Source: Myxococcota bacterium
Lineage (GTDB): Bacteria; Myxococcota_A; UBA796; SXON01
Assembly: GCA_040386535.1 (NCBI GenBank)
Contig: JAZKFH010000066.1
Location: 1-15,827, forward strand
Direction of reading: 5' to 3'
DNA length: 15,827 nucleotides
Below the pieces are notes generated by a model. It saw only the letters and a list, made by a program, of their open reading frames with translations, was not told the origin of the DNA and made no database searches. A program made the translations under genes and the position numbers. Positions 15,592 through 15,827 of the stretch are shown piece after piece. The first letter of the stretch is position 1; each line of letters begins with the position of its first letter.

Positions 15592-15827
15592 GTGAATCAT
15601 CGCAACACCGAACAGCTCGAGCCACACACCGACGAGAAGCGCAACATCGGCAGGGGCGAACCAACCGACCCAGGGCAGACGGACCGCCCAGAGCGGCGGC
15701 CGCTGCGGCGGCGGGCGCGGCGGGTACGGCGCCCGGTGCGGCGGCCGCTGCGGCGGCGGGTGCGGCGGCCGCTGCGGCGCCCGGTGCGGCGCCCGGTGCG
15801 GCGCCCGGTGCGGCGCCCGGTGCGGCG
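15592..15827 (+). CDS. Possible 5' end of a gene with an Ala/Pro/Gly low-complexity tract (MNHRNTEQLEP...AAPGAAPG), running off the edge
   Basis: GTG 15592 with GAGG 7 nt upstream and a frame open to the edge. It could equally be non-coding repeat. Confidence 0.3.
   Translation, partial: MNHRNTEQLEPHTDEKRNIGRGEPTDPGQTDRPERRPLRRRARRVRRPVRRPLRRRVRRPLRRPVRRPVRRPVRRPVR
15693..15827. repeat. 12-bp minisatellite (GCGGCGCCCGGT)n with degenerate GCG-rich variants
   Basis: Four perfect consecutive units from 15774, preceded by GCGGCGGCCGCT/GCGGCGGCGGGT variants. Truncated by the window end. Confidence 0.85.

Overview
A very GC-rich bacterial chromosomal window. The gene content (Hanks-type kinase, CotH lipoprotein, ultra-short 'MxxLLAC' lipoprotein signals) suggests a Myxococcota/deltaproteobacterial genome, but that is inference. 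The minus strand carries a small lipoprotein, a divergent RNase III (RIII + dsRBD), a 4-TM protein coupled to an ALO-family FAD oxidase, a 3-beta-HSD-like extended SDR, a CotH-kinase lipoprotein and a Zn-ribbon Ser/Thr kinase. The plus strand carries two lower-GC hypothetical genes, an ABC permease/ATPase pair and two tandem paralogous membrane proteins with a W-x-L-R-P-F-x-G motif. The most unusual content is non-coding. A ~230-260 bp element built from four 31-bp-phased GTCATG-N6-TGAAYGC-type sites (two direct, two inverted) occurs twice, in inverted orientation, bracketing ~14.6 kb. At least three further palindromic repeat families (two with compensatory stem changes) and several tandem arrays fill the intergenic spaces. 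No transposase, integrase, cas gene, tRNA or rRNA was recognised.
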